Source: Lingula anatina (taxonomy: Eukaryota > Animalia > Brachiopoda). Taken from it: a stretch of 64,000 bases of DNA. Every line of letters begins with the position of its first letter. The first letter of the stretch is position 1. Below, one piece after another: positions 12,128 to 25,500 of the stretch. Made by a program: the position numbers and the translations under genes. The stretch spans positions 6,448,001 to 6,512,000 of the forward strand of contig JBPQGU010000016.1 in assembly GCA_051362555.1 (NCBI GenBank). The letters are read 5' to 3'. The notes under the pieces are model-generated. The model saw only the letters and a list, made by a program, of their open reading frames with translations. It did no database searches and was not told the DNA's origin.

Positions 12128-12198
12128 CAGGGAGGGGGGGGGCGGGGTCGGCCCGCCCCCTTAAAATATTCCTGGATCCGTCCCTGGATCCGCCACAT
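12128..12198. mobile_element. Right-end remnant of the GGGGCGGATCC MITE family
   Basis: G-rich stretch followed by cctggatccg(t/c)ccctggatccgccac, a duplicated terminal motif. Confidence 0.55.
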
Positions 12199-12249
12199 GG
12201 TACCTATCTGTATCTTAAAAAAAAAAACTGCTGGTATATGATAGACGGG

Positions 12250-12355
12250 AAGAGGGAGCGCATGGGAAATGACGGTGTAGGCCGGATCTAAAGCCTTCCA
12301 CAGTTTCAGCAGTAACTTGTTGGTCACTTCGTTCATTCCACTCGGTGACTGTTCT

Positions 12356-12410
<55 letters not shown>

Positions 12411-12435
12411 AAACTGGTGTGTCGCAGTGTGATTC
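12250..12435 (-). mobile_element. CR1-group LINE ORF2 C-terminal fragment, copy 1
   Basis: FFTRTVTEWNERSDQQVTAETVEGFRSGL. Copy 2 reads NSFFTRTVTEWN, matching the SFFPRTxxEWNxL motif at the end of CR1-group ORF2. Confidence 0.65.
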
Positions 12436-13594
12436 TTGCACTTAAAGTTTGTTTTAAATCCTAATATTAGCACATAAATGTAATTTATTCTAAAATGTGA
12501 GGCCTAATTATAAGGAGCTACGGGCAAATTTCTTCAACAATCAGTTTCTTTTTCAAACTGATTGTTTGACACATCATGATAACAACGGAAACCACCAAAC
12601 TTCAATTAAGATAATTAATTGTATTTATGTAGCAAATGGGTTGTTTTAGTGGTGGTATTAACTTTTTGGTAATACATCAACGTTTTGTTTATAGGAAATT
12701 AGTCTGGTTAGTTAGTAGTAGGTAGTAGGATGGTAGTTTGGGTCTTGTGTCTGCACATTTTTACCTTAAGTAGTTGACCAAGGCAAGGTGATAACAGATG
12801 TCCCGGGTTAAGGAATTTCTTAGCTGCTGTGTATCTAGGCACACACATTTGCACCCCCACCTTTAATAATTATATATTTCTTTTTAGTTACCCGCACGAA
12901 AATGCAGTAGTATCGAAGTAGCAAAGCGGCGGGAGCATATTTGCATAATAGCCTACTGCAATTCTACTCCAAAAAGTACATAGGTTTGTACAGAGAGGAG
13001 CATAAATGCATAATTTTTTTAATTCCCATGACAAAACACCCCGGTGACTCCCTTCGCCACATAAGTTTTCATGTAATTATTAAACAGAGCAAAAAATCTC
13101 CCTATTTCTGTAGAATTATAAATTTTATGAAAGATGTTTTTGGGACTAATTCTATTGAGCTGCATTCAGTGAGAAGTCATTCAGCTTTGTAGCTGCGGAG
13201 ATATTGACGGCCGCACTAAAAAATTCCTGCAAAACTGCATGAACAGAATATTTTGGTGAAACATTTCCTATTCTCATAGACAGCAGACTCACTGACGTAA
13301 CTCCCAATGCCACAAAAAGTTACTTTTCATACCGGCAGTACTGTAATTGAACATGTGCATTCTCTTGTTTGTAAACAAACCACTGCACTGCTCACAGTTG
13401 TAAGCTCCCTCCGCCAGATGTCCGAAACTGTATAGCACTGAGCCAGGTCTCGCCAAAAATAAGAAGCAATTTAGGCCCAAACCTGCTACTTGACACCAAA
13501 TTAACCACTAGCAACACACAAAAAAGGCAGGAAAAAAACTGGAAACAATCACTAATTTTTCAAGCAGAACTTCATTCGTTATAAAAGTCCGTGA

Positions 13595-16500
13595 TTGGCC
13601 AGGTAGGGATGAAAATTTTTTTTCTTCATTATAGTGTCAGGTAGGTGTGTTCGGTCATTTGTAGTAAGAATAAAGTGCTGGAAGAGTGGTGGTGTCAACA
13701 TTAAGGAAGAAATAGAGCAAAAACTCTCTCTCCCCCCCCCCTCTCAGATTCTGTTCTCAGAGCTTATTTTTGGATCATCTTTAAAGCTAGAATTGGGGGC
13801 CTTGATGAAGTGACCCGGGCGCGTTTCCACATTTTTTATGAATGACAGGTGTGGTAGATTGATTTTCCTCACTTTTTGGAAAAATCGGAGACGGGTCGAT
13901 TTTTGGTGATTTTGAGTGATTTTGAACAGTGCCGGCACTGTGAGATTTCTTCAATTTTGGCCAGGTAGGGATGAAAATTTTTTTTCTTCATTATAGTGTC
14001 AGGTAGGTGTGTTCGGTCATTTGTAGTAAGAATAAAGTGCTGGAAGAGTGGTGGTGTCAACATTAAGGAAGAAATAGAGCAAAAACTCTCTCTCCCCCCC
14101 CCCTCTCAGATTCTGTTCTCAGAGCTTATTTTTGGATCATCTTTAAAGCTAGAATTGGGGGCCTTGATGAAGTGACCCGGGCGCGTTTCCACATTTTTTA
14201 TGAATGACAGGTGTGGTAGATTGATTTTCCTCACTTTTTGGAAAAATTGGAGACGGGTCGATTTTTGGTGATTTTGAGTGATTTTGAACAGTGCCGGCAC
14301 TGTGAGATTTCTTCAATTTTGGCCAGGTAGGGATGAAAATTTTTTTTCTTCATTATAGTGTCAGGTAGGTGTGTTCGGTCATTTGTAGTAAGAATAAAGT
14401 GCTGGAAGAGTGGTGGTGTCAACATTAAGGAAGAAATAGAGCAAAAACTCTCTCTCCCCCCCCCCTCTCAGATTCTGTTCTCAGAGCTTATTTTTGGATC
14501 ATCTTTAAAGCTAGAATTGGGGGCCTTGATGAAGTGACCCGGGCGCGTTTCCACATTTTTTATGAATGACAGGTGTGGTAGATTGATTTTCCTCACTTTT
14601 TGGAAAAATCGGAGACGGGTCGATTTTTGGTGATTTTGAGTGATTTTGAACAGTGCCGGCACTGTGAGATTTCTTCAATTTTGGCCAGGTAGGGATGAAA
14701 ATTTTTTTTCTTCATTATAGTGTCAGGTAGGTGTGTTCGGTCATTTGTAGTAAGAATAAAGTGCTGGAAGAGTGGTGGTGTCAACATTAAGGAAGAAATA
14801 GAGCAAAAACTCTCTCTCCCCCCCCCCTCTCAGATTCTGTTCTCAGAGCTTATTTTTGGATCATCTTTAAAGCTAGAATTGGGGGCCTTGATGAAGTGAC
14901 CCGGGCGCGTTTCCACATTTTTTATGAATGACAGGTGTGGTAGATTGATTTTCCTCACTTTTTGGAAAAATCGGAGACGGGTCGATTTTTGGTGATTTTG
15001 AGTGATTTTGAACAGTGCCGGCACTGTGAGATTTCTTCAATTTTGGCCAGGTAGGGATGAAAATTTTTTTTCTTCATTATAGTGTCAGGTAGGTGTGTTC
15101 GGTCATTTGTAGTAAGAATAAAGTGCTGGAAGAGTGGTGGTGTCAACATTAAGGAAGAAATAGAGCAAAAACTCTCTCTCCCCCCCCCCCTCTCAGATTC
15201 TGTTCTCAGAGCTTATTTTTGGATCATCTTTAAAGCTAGAATTGGGGGCCTTGATGAAGTGACCCGGGCGCGTTTCCACATTTTTTATGAATGACAGGTG
15301 TGGTAGATTGATTTTCCTCACTTTTTGGAAAAATCGGAGACGGGTCGATTTTTGGTGATTTTGAGTGATTTTGAACAGTGCCGGCACTGTGAGATTTCTT
15401 CAATTTTGGCCAGGTAGGGATGAAAATTTTTTTCTTCATTATAGTGTCAGGTAGGTGTGTTCGGTCATTTGTAGTAAGAATAAAGTGCTGGAAGAGTGGT
15501 GGTGTCAACATTAAGGAAGAAATAGAGCAAAAACTCTCTCTCCCCCCCCCCTCTCAGATTCTGTTCTCAGAGCTTATTTTTGGATCATCTTTAAAGCTAG
15601 AATTGGGGGCCTTGATGAAGTGACCCGGGCGCGTTTCCACATTTTTTATGAATGACAGGTGTGGTAGATTGATTTTCCTCACTTTTTGGAAAAATTGGAG
15701 ACGGGTCGATTTTTGGTGATTTTGAGTGATTTTGAACAGTGCCGGCACTGTGAGATTTCTTCAATTTTGGCCAGGTAGGGATGAAAATTTTTTTTCTTCA
15801 TTATAGTGTCAGGTAGGTGTGTTCGGTCATTTGTAGTAAGAATAAAGTGCTGGAAGAGTGGTGGTGTCAACATTAAGGAAGAAATAGAGCAAAAACTCTC
15901 TCTCCCCCCCCCTCTCAGATTCTGTTCTCAGAGCTTATTTTTGGATCATCTTTAAAGCTAGAATTGGGGGCCTTGATGAAGTGACCCGGGCGCGTTTCCA
16001 CATTTTTTATGAATGACAGGTGTGGTAGATTGATTTTCCTCACTTTTTGGAAAAATCGGAGACGGGTCGATTTTTGGTGATTTTGAGTGATTTTGAACAG
16101 TGCCGGCACTGTGAGATTTCTTCAATTTTGGCCAGGTAGGGATGAAAATTTTTTTTCTTCATTATAGTGTCAGGTAGGTGTGTTCGGTCATTTGTAGTAA
16201 GAATAAAGTGCTGGAAGAGTGGTGGTGTCAACATTAAGGAAGAAATAGAGCAAAAACTCTCTCTCCCCCCCCCCTCTCAGATTCTGTTCTCAGAGCTTAT
16301 TTTTGGATCATCTTTAAAGCTAGAATTGGGGGCCTTGATGAAGTGACCCGGGCGCGTTTCCACATTTTTTATGAATGACAGGTGTGGTAGATTGATTTTC
16401 CTCACTTTTTGGAAAAATCGGAGACGGGTCGATTTTTGGTGATTTTGAGTGATTTTGAACAGTGCCGGCACTGTGAGATTTCTTCAATTTTGGCCAGGTA

Positions 16501-19500
16501 GGGATGAAAATTTTTTTTCTTCATTATAGTGTCAGGTAGGTGTGTTCGGTCATTTGTAGTAAGAATAAAGTGCTGGAAGAGTGGTGGTGTCAACATTAAG
16601 GAAGAAATAGAGCAAAAACTCTCTCTCCCCCCCCCCTCTCAGATTCTGTTCTCAGAGCTTATTTTTGGATCATCTTTAAAGCTAGAATTGGGGGCCTTGA
16701 TGAAGTGACCCGGGCGCGTTTCCACATTTTTTATGAATGACAGGTGTGGTAGATTGATTTTCCTCACTTTTTGGAAAAATCGGAGACGGGTCGATTTTTG
16801 GTGATTTTGAGTGATTTTGAACAGTGCCGGCACTGTGAGATTTCTTCAATTTTGGCCAGGTAGGGATGAAAATTTTTTTTCTTCATTATAGTGTCAGGTA
16901 GGTGTGTTCGGTCATTTGTAAGTAAGAATAAAGTGCTGGAAGAGTGGTGGTGTCAACATTAAGGAAGAAATAGAGCAAAAACTCTCTCTCCCCCCCCCCT
17001 CTCAGATTCTGTTCTCAGAGCTTATTTTTGGATCATCTTTAAAGCTAGAATTGGGGGCCTTGATGAAGTGACCCGGGCGCGTTTCCACATTTTTATGAAT
17101 GACAGGTGTGCGTAGATTGATTTCCTCACTTTTTGGAAAAATCGGAGACGGGTCGATTTTTGGTGATTTTGAGTGATTTTGAACAGTGCCGGCACTGTGA
17201 GATTTCTTCAATTTTGGCCAGGTAGGGATGAAAATTTTTTTTCTCATTATAGTGTCAGGTAGGTGTGTTCGGTCATTTGTAGTAAGAATAAAGTGCTGGA
17301 AGAGTGGTGGTGTCAACATTAAGGAAGAAATAGAGCAAAAACTCTCTCTCCCCCCCCCTCTCAGATTCTGTTCTCAGAGCTTATTTTGGATCATCTTAAA
17401 GCTAGAATTGGGGGCCTTGATGAAGTGACCCGGGCGCGTTCCACATTTTTTATGAATGACAGGTGTGGTAGATTGATTTTCCTCACTTTTTGGAAAAATC
17501 GGAGACGGGTCGATTTTTGGTGATTTTGAGTGATTTTGAACAGTGCCGGCACTGTGAGATTTCTTCAATTTTGGCCAGGTAGGGATGAAAATTTTTTTTC
17601 TTCATTATAGTGTCAGGTAGGTGTGTTCGGTCATTTGTAGTAAGAATAAAGTGCTGGAAGAGTGGTGGTGTCAACATTAAGGAAGAAATAGAGCAAAAAC
17701 TCTCTCTCCCCCCCCCTCTCAGATTCTGTTCTCAGAGCTTATTTTTGGATCATCTTTAAAGCTAGAATTGGGGGCCTTGATGAAGTGACCCGGGCGCGTT
17801 TCCACATTTTTTATGAATGACAGGTGTGGTAGATTGATTTTCCTCACTTTTTGGAAAAATCGGAGACGGGTCGATTTTTGGTGATTTTGAGTGATTTTGA
17901 ACAGTGCCGGCACTGTGAGATTTCTTCAATTTTGGCCAGGTAGGGATGAAAATTTTTTTCTTCATTATAAGTGTCAGGTAGGTGTGTTCGGTCATTTGTA
18001 GTAAGAATAAAGTGCTGGAAGAGTGGTGGTGTCAACATTAAGGAAGAAATAGAGCAAAAACTCTCTCTCCCCCCCCTCTCAGATTCTGTTCTCAGAGCTT
18101 ATTTTTGGATCATCTTAAAGCTAGAATTGGGGCCTTGATGAAGTGACCCGGGCGCGTTTCCACATTTTTTATGAATGACAGGTGTGGTAGATTGATTTTC
18201 CTCACTTTTTGGAAAAATCGGAGACGGGTCGATTTTTGGTGATTTTGAGTGATTTTGAACAGTGCCGGCACTGTGAGATTTCTTCAATTTGGCCAGGTAG
18301 GGATGAAAATTTTTTTTCTTCATTATAGTGTCAGGTAGGTGTGTTCGGTCATTTGTAGTAAGAATAAAGTGCTGGAAGGAGTGGTGGTGTCAACATTAAG
18401 GAAGAAATAGAGCAAAAACTCTCTCTCCCCCCCCCCCTCTCAGATTCTGTTCTCAGAGCTTATTTTTGGATCATCTTTAAAGCTAGAATTGGGGGCCTTG
18501 ATGAAGTGACCCGGGCGCGTTTCCACATTTTTTATGAATGACAGGTGTGGTAGATTGATTTTCCTCACTTTTTGGAAAAATCGGAGACGGGTCGATTTTG
18601 GTGATTTTGAGTGATTTTGAACAGTGCCGGCACTGTGAGATTTCTTCAATTTTGGCCAGGTAGGGATGAAAATTTTTTTTCTTCATTATAGTGTCAGGTA
18701 GGTGTGTTCGGTCATTTGTAGTAAGAATAAAGTGCTGGAAGAGTGGTGGTGTCAACATTAAGGAAGAAATAGAGCAAAAACTCTCTCTCCCCCCCCCCTC
18801 TCAGATTCTGTTCTCAGAGCTTATTTTTGGATCATCTTTAAAGCTAGAATTGGGGGCCTTGATGAAGTGACCCGGGCGCGTTTCCACATTTTTTTATGAA
18901 TGACAGGTGTGGTAGATTGATTTTCCTCACTTTTTGGAAAAATCGGAGACGGGTCGATTTTTGGTGATTTGAGTGATTTTGAACAGTGCCGGCACTGTGA
19001 GATTTCTTCAATTTTGGCCAGGTAGGGATGAAAATTTTTTTTCTTCATTATAGTGTCAGGTAGGTGTGTTCGGTCATTTGTAGTAAGAATAAAGTGCTGG
19101 AAGAGTGGTGGTGTCAACATTAAGGAAGAAATAGAGCAAAAACTCTCTCTCCCCCCCCCCCCTCTCAGATTCTGTTCTCAGAGCTTATTTTTGGATCATC
19201 TTTAAAGCTAGAATTGGGGCCTTGATGAAGTGACCCGGGCGCGTTTCCACATTTTTTATGAATGACAGGTGTGGTAGATTGATTTCCTCACTTTTTGGAA
19301 AAATCGGAGACGGGTCGATTTTTTGGTGATTTTGAGTGATTTTGAACAGTGCCGGCACTGTGAGATTTCTTCAATTTTGGCCAGGTAGGGATGAAAAATT
19401 TTTTTTCTTCATTATAGTGTCAGGTAGGTGTGTTCGGTCATTTGTAGTAAGAATAAAGTGCTGGAAGAGTGGTGGTGTCAACATTAAGGAAGAAATAGAG

Positions 19501-22500
19501 CAAAAACTCTCTCTCCCCCCCCCCCTCTCAGATTCTGTTCTCAGAGCTTATTTTTGGATCATCTTTAAAGCTAGAATTGGGGGCCTTGATGAAGTGACCC
19601 GGGCGCGTTTCCACATTTTTTATGAATGACAGGTGTGGTAGATTGATTTTCCTCACTTTTTGGAAAAATCGGAGACGGGTCGATTTTTGGTGATTTTGAG
19701 TGATTTTGAACAGTGCCGGCACTGTGAGATTTCTTCAATTTTGGCCAGGTAGGGATGAAAATTTTTTTCTTCATTATAGTGTCAGGTAGGTGTGTTCGGT
19801 CATTTGTAGTAAGAATAAAGTGCTGGAAGAGTGGTGGTGTCAACATTAAGGAAGAAATAGAGCAAAAACTCTCTCTCCCCCCCCCTCTCAGATTCTGTTC
19901 TCAGAGCTTATTTTTGGATCATCTTTTAGAATTGGGGGCCTTGATGAAGTGACCCGGGCGCGTTTCCACATTTTTTATGAATGACAGGTGTGGTAGATTG
20001 ATTTTCCTCACTTTTTGGAAAAATCGGAGACGGGTCGATTTTTGGTGATTTTGAGTGATTTTGAACAGTGCCGGCACTGTGAGATTTCTTCAATTTTGGC
20101 CAGGTAGGGATGAAAATTTTTTTTCTTCATTATAGTGTCAGGTAGGTGTGTTCGGTCATTTGTAGTAAGAATAAAGTGCTGGAAGAGTGGTGGTGTCAAC
20201 ATTAAGGAAGAAATAGAGCAAAAACTCTCTCTCCCCCCCCCCCTCTCAGATTCTGTTCTCAGAGCTTATTTTTGGATCATCTTTAAAGCTAGAATTGGGG
20301 GCCTTGATGAAGTGACCCGGGCGCGTTTCTACATTTTTTATGAATGACAGGTGTGGTAGATTGATTTTCCTCACTTTTTGGAAAAATCGGAGACGGGTCG
20401 ATTTTTGGTGATTTTGAGTGATTTTGAACAGTGCCGGCACTGTGAGATTTCTTCAATTTTGGCCAGGTAGGGATGAAAATTTTTTTTCTTCATTATAGTG
20501 TCAGGTAGGTGTGTTCGGTCATTTGTAGTAAGAATAAAGTGCTGGAAGAGTGGTGGTGTCAACATTAAGGAAGAAATAGAGCAAAAACTCTCTCTCCCCC
20601 CCCCCCTCTCAGATTCTGTTCTCAGAGCTTATTTTTGGATCATCTTTAAAGCTAGAATTGGGGGCCTTGATGAAGTGACCCGGGCGCGTTTCCACATTTT
20701 TTATGAATGACAGGTGTGGTAGATTGATTTTCCTCACTTTTTGGAAAAATCGGAGACGGGTCGATTTTTGGTGATTTTGAGTGATTTTGAACAGTGCCGG
20801 CACTGTGAGATTTCTTCAATTTTGGCCAGGTAGGGATGAAAATTTTTTTTCTTCATTATAGTGTCAGGTAGGTGTGTTCGGTCATTTGTAGTAAGAATAA
20901 AGTGCTGGAAGAGTGGTGGTGTCAACATTAAGGAAGAAATAGAGCAAAAACTCTCTCTCCCCCCCCCCCTCTCAGATTCTGTTCTCAAAGCTTATTTTTG
21001 GATCATCTTTAAAGCTAGAATTGGGGGCCTTGATGAAGTGACCCGGGCGCGTTTCCACATTTTTTATGAATGACAGGTGTGGTAGATTGATTTTCGTCAC
21101 TTTTTGGAAAAATCGGAGACGGGTCGATTTTTGGTGATTTTGAGTGATTTTGAACAGTGCCGGCCACTGTGAGATTTCTTCAATTTTGGCCAGGTAGGGA
21201 TGAAAATTTTTTTTCTTCATTATAGTGTCAGGTAGGTGTGTTCGGTCATTTGTAGTAAGAATAAAGTGCTGGAAGAGTGGTGGTGTCAACATTAAGGAAG
21301 AAATAGAGCAAAAACTCTCTCTCCCCCCCCCCCCTCTCAGATTCTGTTCTCAGAGCTTATTTTTGGATCATCTTTAAAGCTAGAATTGGGGGCCTTGATG
21401 AAGTGACCCGGGCGCGTTTCCACATTTTTTATGAATGACAGGTGTGGTAGATTGATTTTCGTCACTTTTTGGAAAAATCGGAGACGGGTCGATTTTTGGT
21501 GATTTTGAGTGATTTTCAACAGTGCCGGCACTGTGAGATTTCTTCAATTTTGGCCAGGTAGGGATGAAAATTTTTTTTCTTCATTATAGTGTCAGGTAGG
21601 TGTGTTCGGTCATTTGTAGTAAGAATAAAGTGCTGGAAGAGTGGTGGTGTCAACATTAAGGAAGAAATAGAGCAAAAACTCTCTCTCCCCCCCCCCCCCT
21701 CTCAGATTCTGTTCTCAGAGCTTATTTTTGGATCATCTTTAAAGCTAGAATTGGGGGCCTTGATGAAGTGACCCGGGCGCGTTTCCACATTTTTTATGAA
21801 TGACAGGTGTGGTAGATTGATTTTCGTCACTTTTTGGAAAAATCGGAGACGGGTCGATTTTTGGTGATTTTGAGTGATTTTGAACAGTGCCGGCACTGTG
21901 AGATTTCTTCAATTTTGGCCAGGTAGGGATGAAAATTTTTTTTCTTCATTATAGTGTCAGGTAGGTGTGTTCGGTCATTTGTAGTAAGAATAAAGTGCTG
22001 GAAGAGTGGTGGTGTCAATATTAAGGAAGAAATAGAGCAAAAACTCTCTCTCCCCCCCCCCCTCTCAGATTCTGTTCTCAGAGCTTATTTTTGGATCATC
22101 TTTAAAGCTAGAATTGGGGGCCTTGATGAAGTGACCCGGGCGCGTTTCCACATTTTTTATGAATGACATGTGTGGTAGATTGATTTTCGTCACTTTTTGG
22201 AAAAATCGGAGACGGGTCGATTTTTGGTGATTTTGAGTGATTTTGAACAGTGCTGGCACTGTGAGATTTCTTCAATTTTGGCCAGGTAGGGATGAAAATT
22301 TTTTTTCTTCATTATAGTGTCAGGTAGGTGTGTTCGGTCATTTGTAGTAAGAATAAAGTGCTGGAAGAGTGGTGGTGTCAACATTAAGGAAGAAATAGAG
22401 CAAAAACTCTCTCTCCCCCCCCCCCTCTCAGATTCTGTTCTCAGAGCTTATTTTTGGATCATCTTTAAAGCTAGAATTGGGGGCCTTGATGAAGTGACCC

Positions 22501-25500
22501 GGGCGCGTTTCCACATTTTTTATGAATGACAGGTGTGGTAGATTGATTTTCGTCACTTTTTGGAAAAATCGGAGACGGGTCGATTTTTGGTGATTTTGAG
22601 TGATTTTGAACAGTGCCGGCACTGTGAGATTTCTTCAATTTTGGCCAGGTAGGGATGAAAAATTTTTTTCTTCATTATAGTGTCAGGTAGGTGTGTTCGG
22701 TCATTTGTAGTAAGAATAAAGTGCTGGAAGAGTGGTGGTGTCAACATTAAGGAAGAAATAGAGCAAAAACTCTCTCTCCCCCCCCCCCCCTCTCAGATTC
22801 TGTTCTCAGAGCTTATTTTTGGATCATCTTTAAAGCTAGAATTGGGGGCCTTGATGAAGTGACCCGGGCGCGTTTCCACATTTTTTATGAATGACAGGTG
22901 TGGTAGATTGATTTTCGTCACTTTTTGGAAAAATCGGAGACGGGTCGATTTTTGGTGATTTTGAGTGATTTTGAACAGTGCCGGCACTGTGAGATTTCTT
23001 CAATTTTGGCCAGGTAGGGATGAAAATTTTTTTTCTTCATTATAGTGTCAGGTAGGTGTGTTCGGTCATTTGTAGTAAGAATAAAGTGCTGGAAGAGTGG
23101 TGGTGTCAACATTAAGGAAGAAATAGAGCAAAAACTCTCTCTCCCCCCCCCCCCCCCTCTCAGATTCTGTTCTCAGAGCTTATTTTTGGATCATCTTTAA
23201 AGCTAGAATTGGGGGCCTTGATGAAGTGACCCGGGCGCGTTTCCACATTTTTTATGAATGACAGGTGTGGTAGATTGATTTTCGTCACTTTTTGGAAAAA
23301 TCGGAGATGGGTCGATTTTTGGTGATTTTGAGTGATTTTGAACAGTGCCGGCACTGTGAGATTTCTTCAATTTTGGCCAGGTAGGGATGAAAAATTTTTT
23401 TCTTCATTATAGTGTCAGGTAGGTGTGTTCGGTCATTTGTAGTAAGAATAAAGTGCTGGAAGAGTGGTGGTGTCAACATTAAGGAAGAAATAGAGCAAAA
23501 ACTCTCTCTCCCCCCCCCCCCTCTCAGATTCTGTTCTCAGAGCTTATTTTTGGATCATCTTTAAAGCTAGAATTGGGGGCCTTGATGAAGTGACCCGGGC
23601 GCGTTTCCACATTTTTTATGAATGACAGGTGTGGTAGATTGATTTTCGTCACTTTTTGGAAAAATCGGAGACGGGTCGATTTTTGGTGATTTTGAGTGAT
23701 TTTGAACAGTGCCGGCACTGTGAGATTTCTTCAATTTTGGCCAGGTAGGGATGAAAATTTTTTTTCTTCATTATAGTGTCAGGTAGGTGTGTTCGGTCAT
23801 TTGTAGTAAGAATAAAGTGCTGGAAGAGTGGTGGTGTCAACATTAAGGAAGAAATAGAGCAAAAACTCTCTCTCCCCCCCCCCCCTCTCAGATTCTGTTC
23901 TCAGAGCTTATTTTTGGATCATCTTTAAAGCTAGAATTGGGGGCCTTGATGAAGTGACCCGGGCGCGTTTCCACATTTTTTATGAATGACAGGTGTGGTA
24001 GATTGATTTTCGTCACTTTTTGGAAAAATCGGAGACGGGTCGATTTTTGGTGATTTTGAGTGATTTTGAACAGTGCCGGCACTGTGAGATTTCTTCAATT
24101 TTGGCCAGGTAAGGATGAAAATTTTTTTTCTTCATTATAGTGTCAGGTAGGTGTGTTCGGTCATTTGTAGTAAGAATAAAGTGCTGGAAGAGTGGTGGTG
24201 TCAACATTAAGGAAGAAATAGAGCAAAAACTCTCTCTCCCCCCCCCCCCCTCTCAGATTCTGTTCTCAGAGCTTATTTTTGGATCATCTTTAAAGCTAAA
24301 ATTGGGGGCCTTGATGAAGTGACCCGGGCGCGTTTCCACATTTTTTATGAATGACAGGTGTGGTAGATTGATTTTCGTCACTTTTTGGAAAAATCGGAGA
24401 CGGGTCGATTTTTGGTGATTTTGAGTGATTTTGAACAGTGCCGGCACTGTGAGATTTCTTCAATTTTGGCCAGGTAGGGATGAAAAATTTTTTTCTTCAT
24501 TATAGTGTCAGGTAGGTGTGTTCGGTCATTTGTAGTAAGAATAAAGTGCTGGAAGAGTGGTGGTGTCAACATTAAGGAAGAAATAGAGCAAAAACTCTCT
24601 CTCCCCCCCCCCCCCCTCTCAGATTCTGTTCTCAGAGCTTATTTTTGGATCATCTTTAAAGCTAGAATTGGGGGCCTTGATGAAGTGACCCGGGCGCGTT
24701 TCCACATTTTTTATGAATGACAGGTGTGGTAGATTGATTTTCGTCACTTTTTGGAAAAATTGGAGACGGGTCGATTTTTGGTGATTTTGAGTGATTTTGA
24801 ACAGTGCCGGCACTGTGAGATTTCTTCAATTTTGGCCAGGTAGGGATGAAAATTTTTTTTCTTCATTATAGTGTCAGGTAGGTGTGTTCGGTCATTTGTA
24901 GTAAGAATAAAGTGCTGGAAGAGTGGTGGTATCAACATTAAGGAAGAAATAGAGCAAAAACTCTCTCTCCCCCCCCCTCTCAGATTCTGTTCTCAGAGCT
25001 TATTTTTGGATCATCTTTAAAGCTAGAATTGGGGGCCTTGATGAAGTGACCCGGGCGCATTTCCACATTTTTTATGAATGACAGGTGTGGTAGATTGATT
25101 TTCGTCACTTTTTGGAAAAATCGGAGACGGGTTGATTTTTGGTGATTTTGAGTGATTTTGAACAGTGCCGGCACTGTGAGATTTCTTCAATTTTGGCCAG
25201 GTAGGGATGAAATTTTTTTTTTCTTCATTATAGTGTCAGGTAGGTGTGTTCGGTCATTTGTAGTAAGAATAAAGTGCTGGAAGAGTGGTGGTGTCAACAT
25301 TAAGGAAGAAATAGAGCAAAAACTCTCTCTCCCCCCCCCCCCCTCTCAGATTCTGTTCTCAGAGCTTATTTTTGGATCATCTTTAAAGCTAGAATTGGGG
25401 GCCTTGATGAAGTGACCCGGGCGCGTTTCCACATTTTTTATGAATGACAGGTGTGGTAGATTGATTTTCGTCACTTTTTGGAAAAATCAGAGACGGGTCG

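Larger units (their letters stand above)
1..13594. repeat. Non-satellite block of ~34.5 kb macro-repeat, copy 1 (5'-truncated by window)
   Basis: Position 1 (catactgttaatcctcttgc) matches 34447. The sequence is colinear to the array junction gtccgtga|ttggccagg (13595 vs 48152). The ORF track is duplicated (e.g. 177/34620, 1454/35897, 8821/43423). Confidence 0.97.

Noticed and set aside
12939-12946. Octamer ATTTGCAT (also ~2844) as an snRNA promoter element
   Set aside because: It is mutated in copy 2 (atttgcag), and no snRNA-like sequence is recognisable downstream.
16900-19950. Cluster of single-base indels as a hypermutable domain
   Set aside because: These are scattered private 1 bp indels, mostly in homopolymers, typical of poorly polished long-read consensus.
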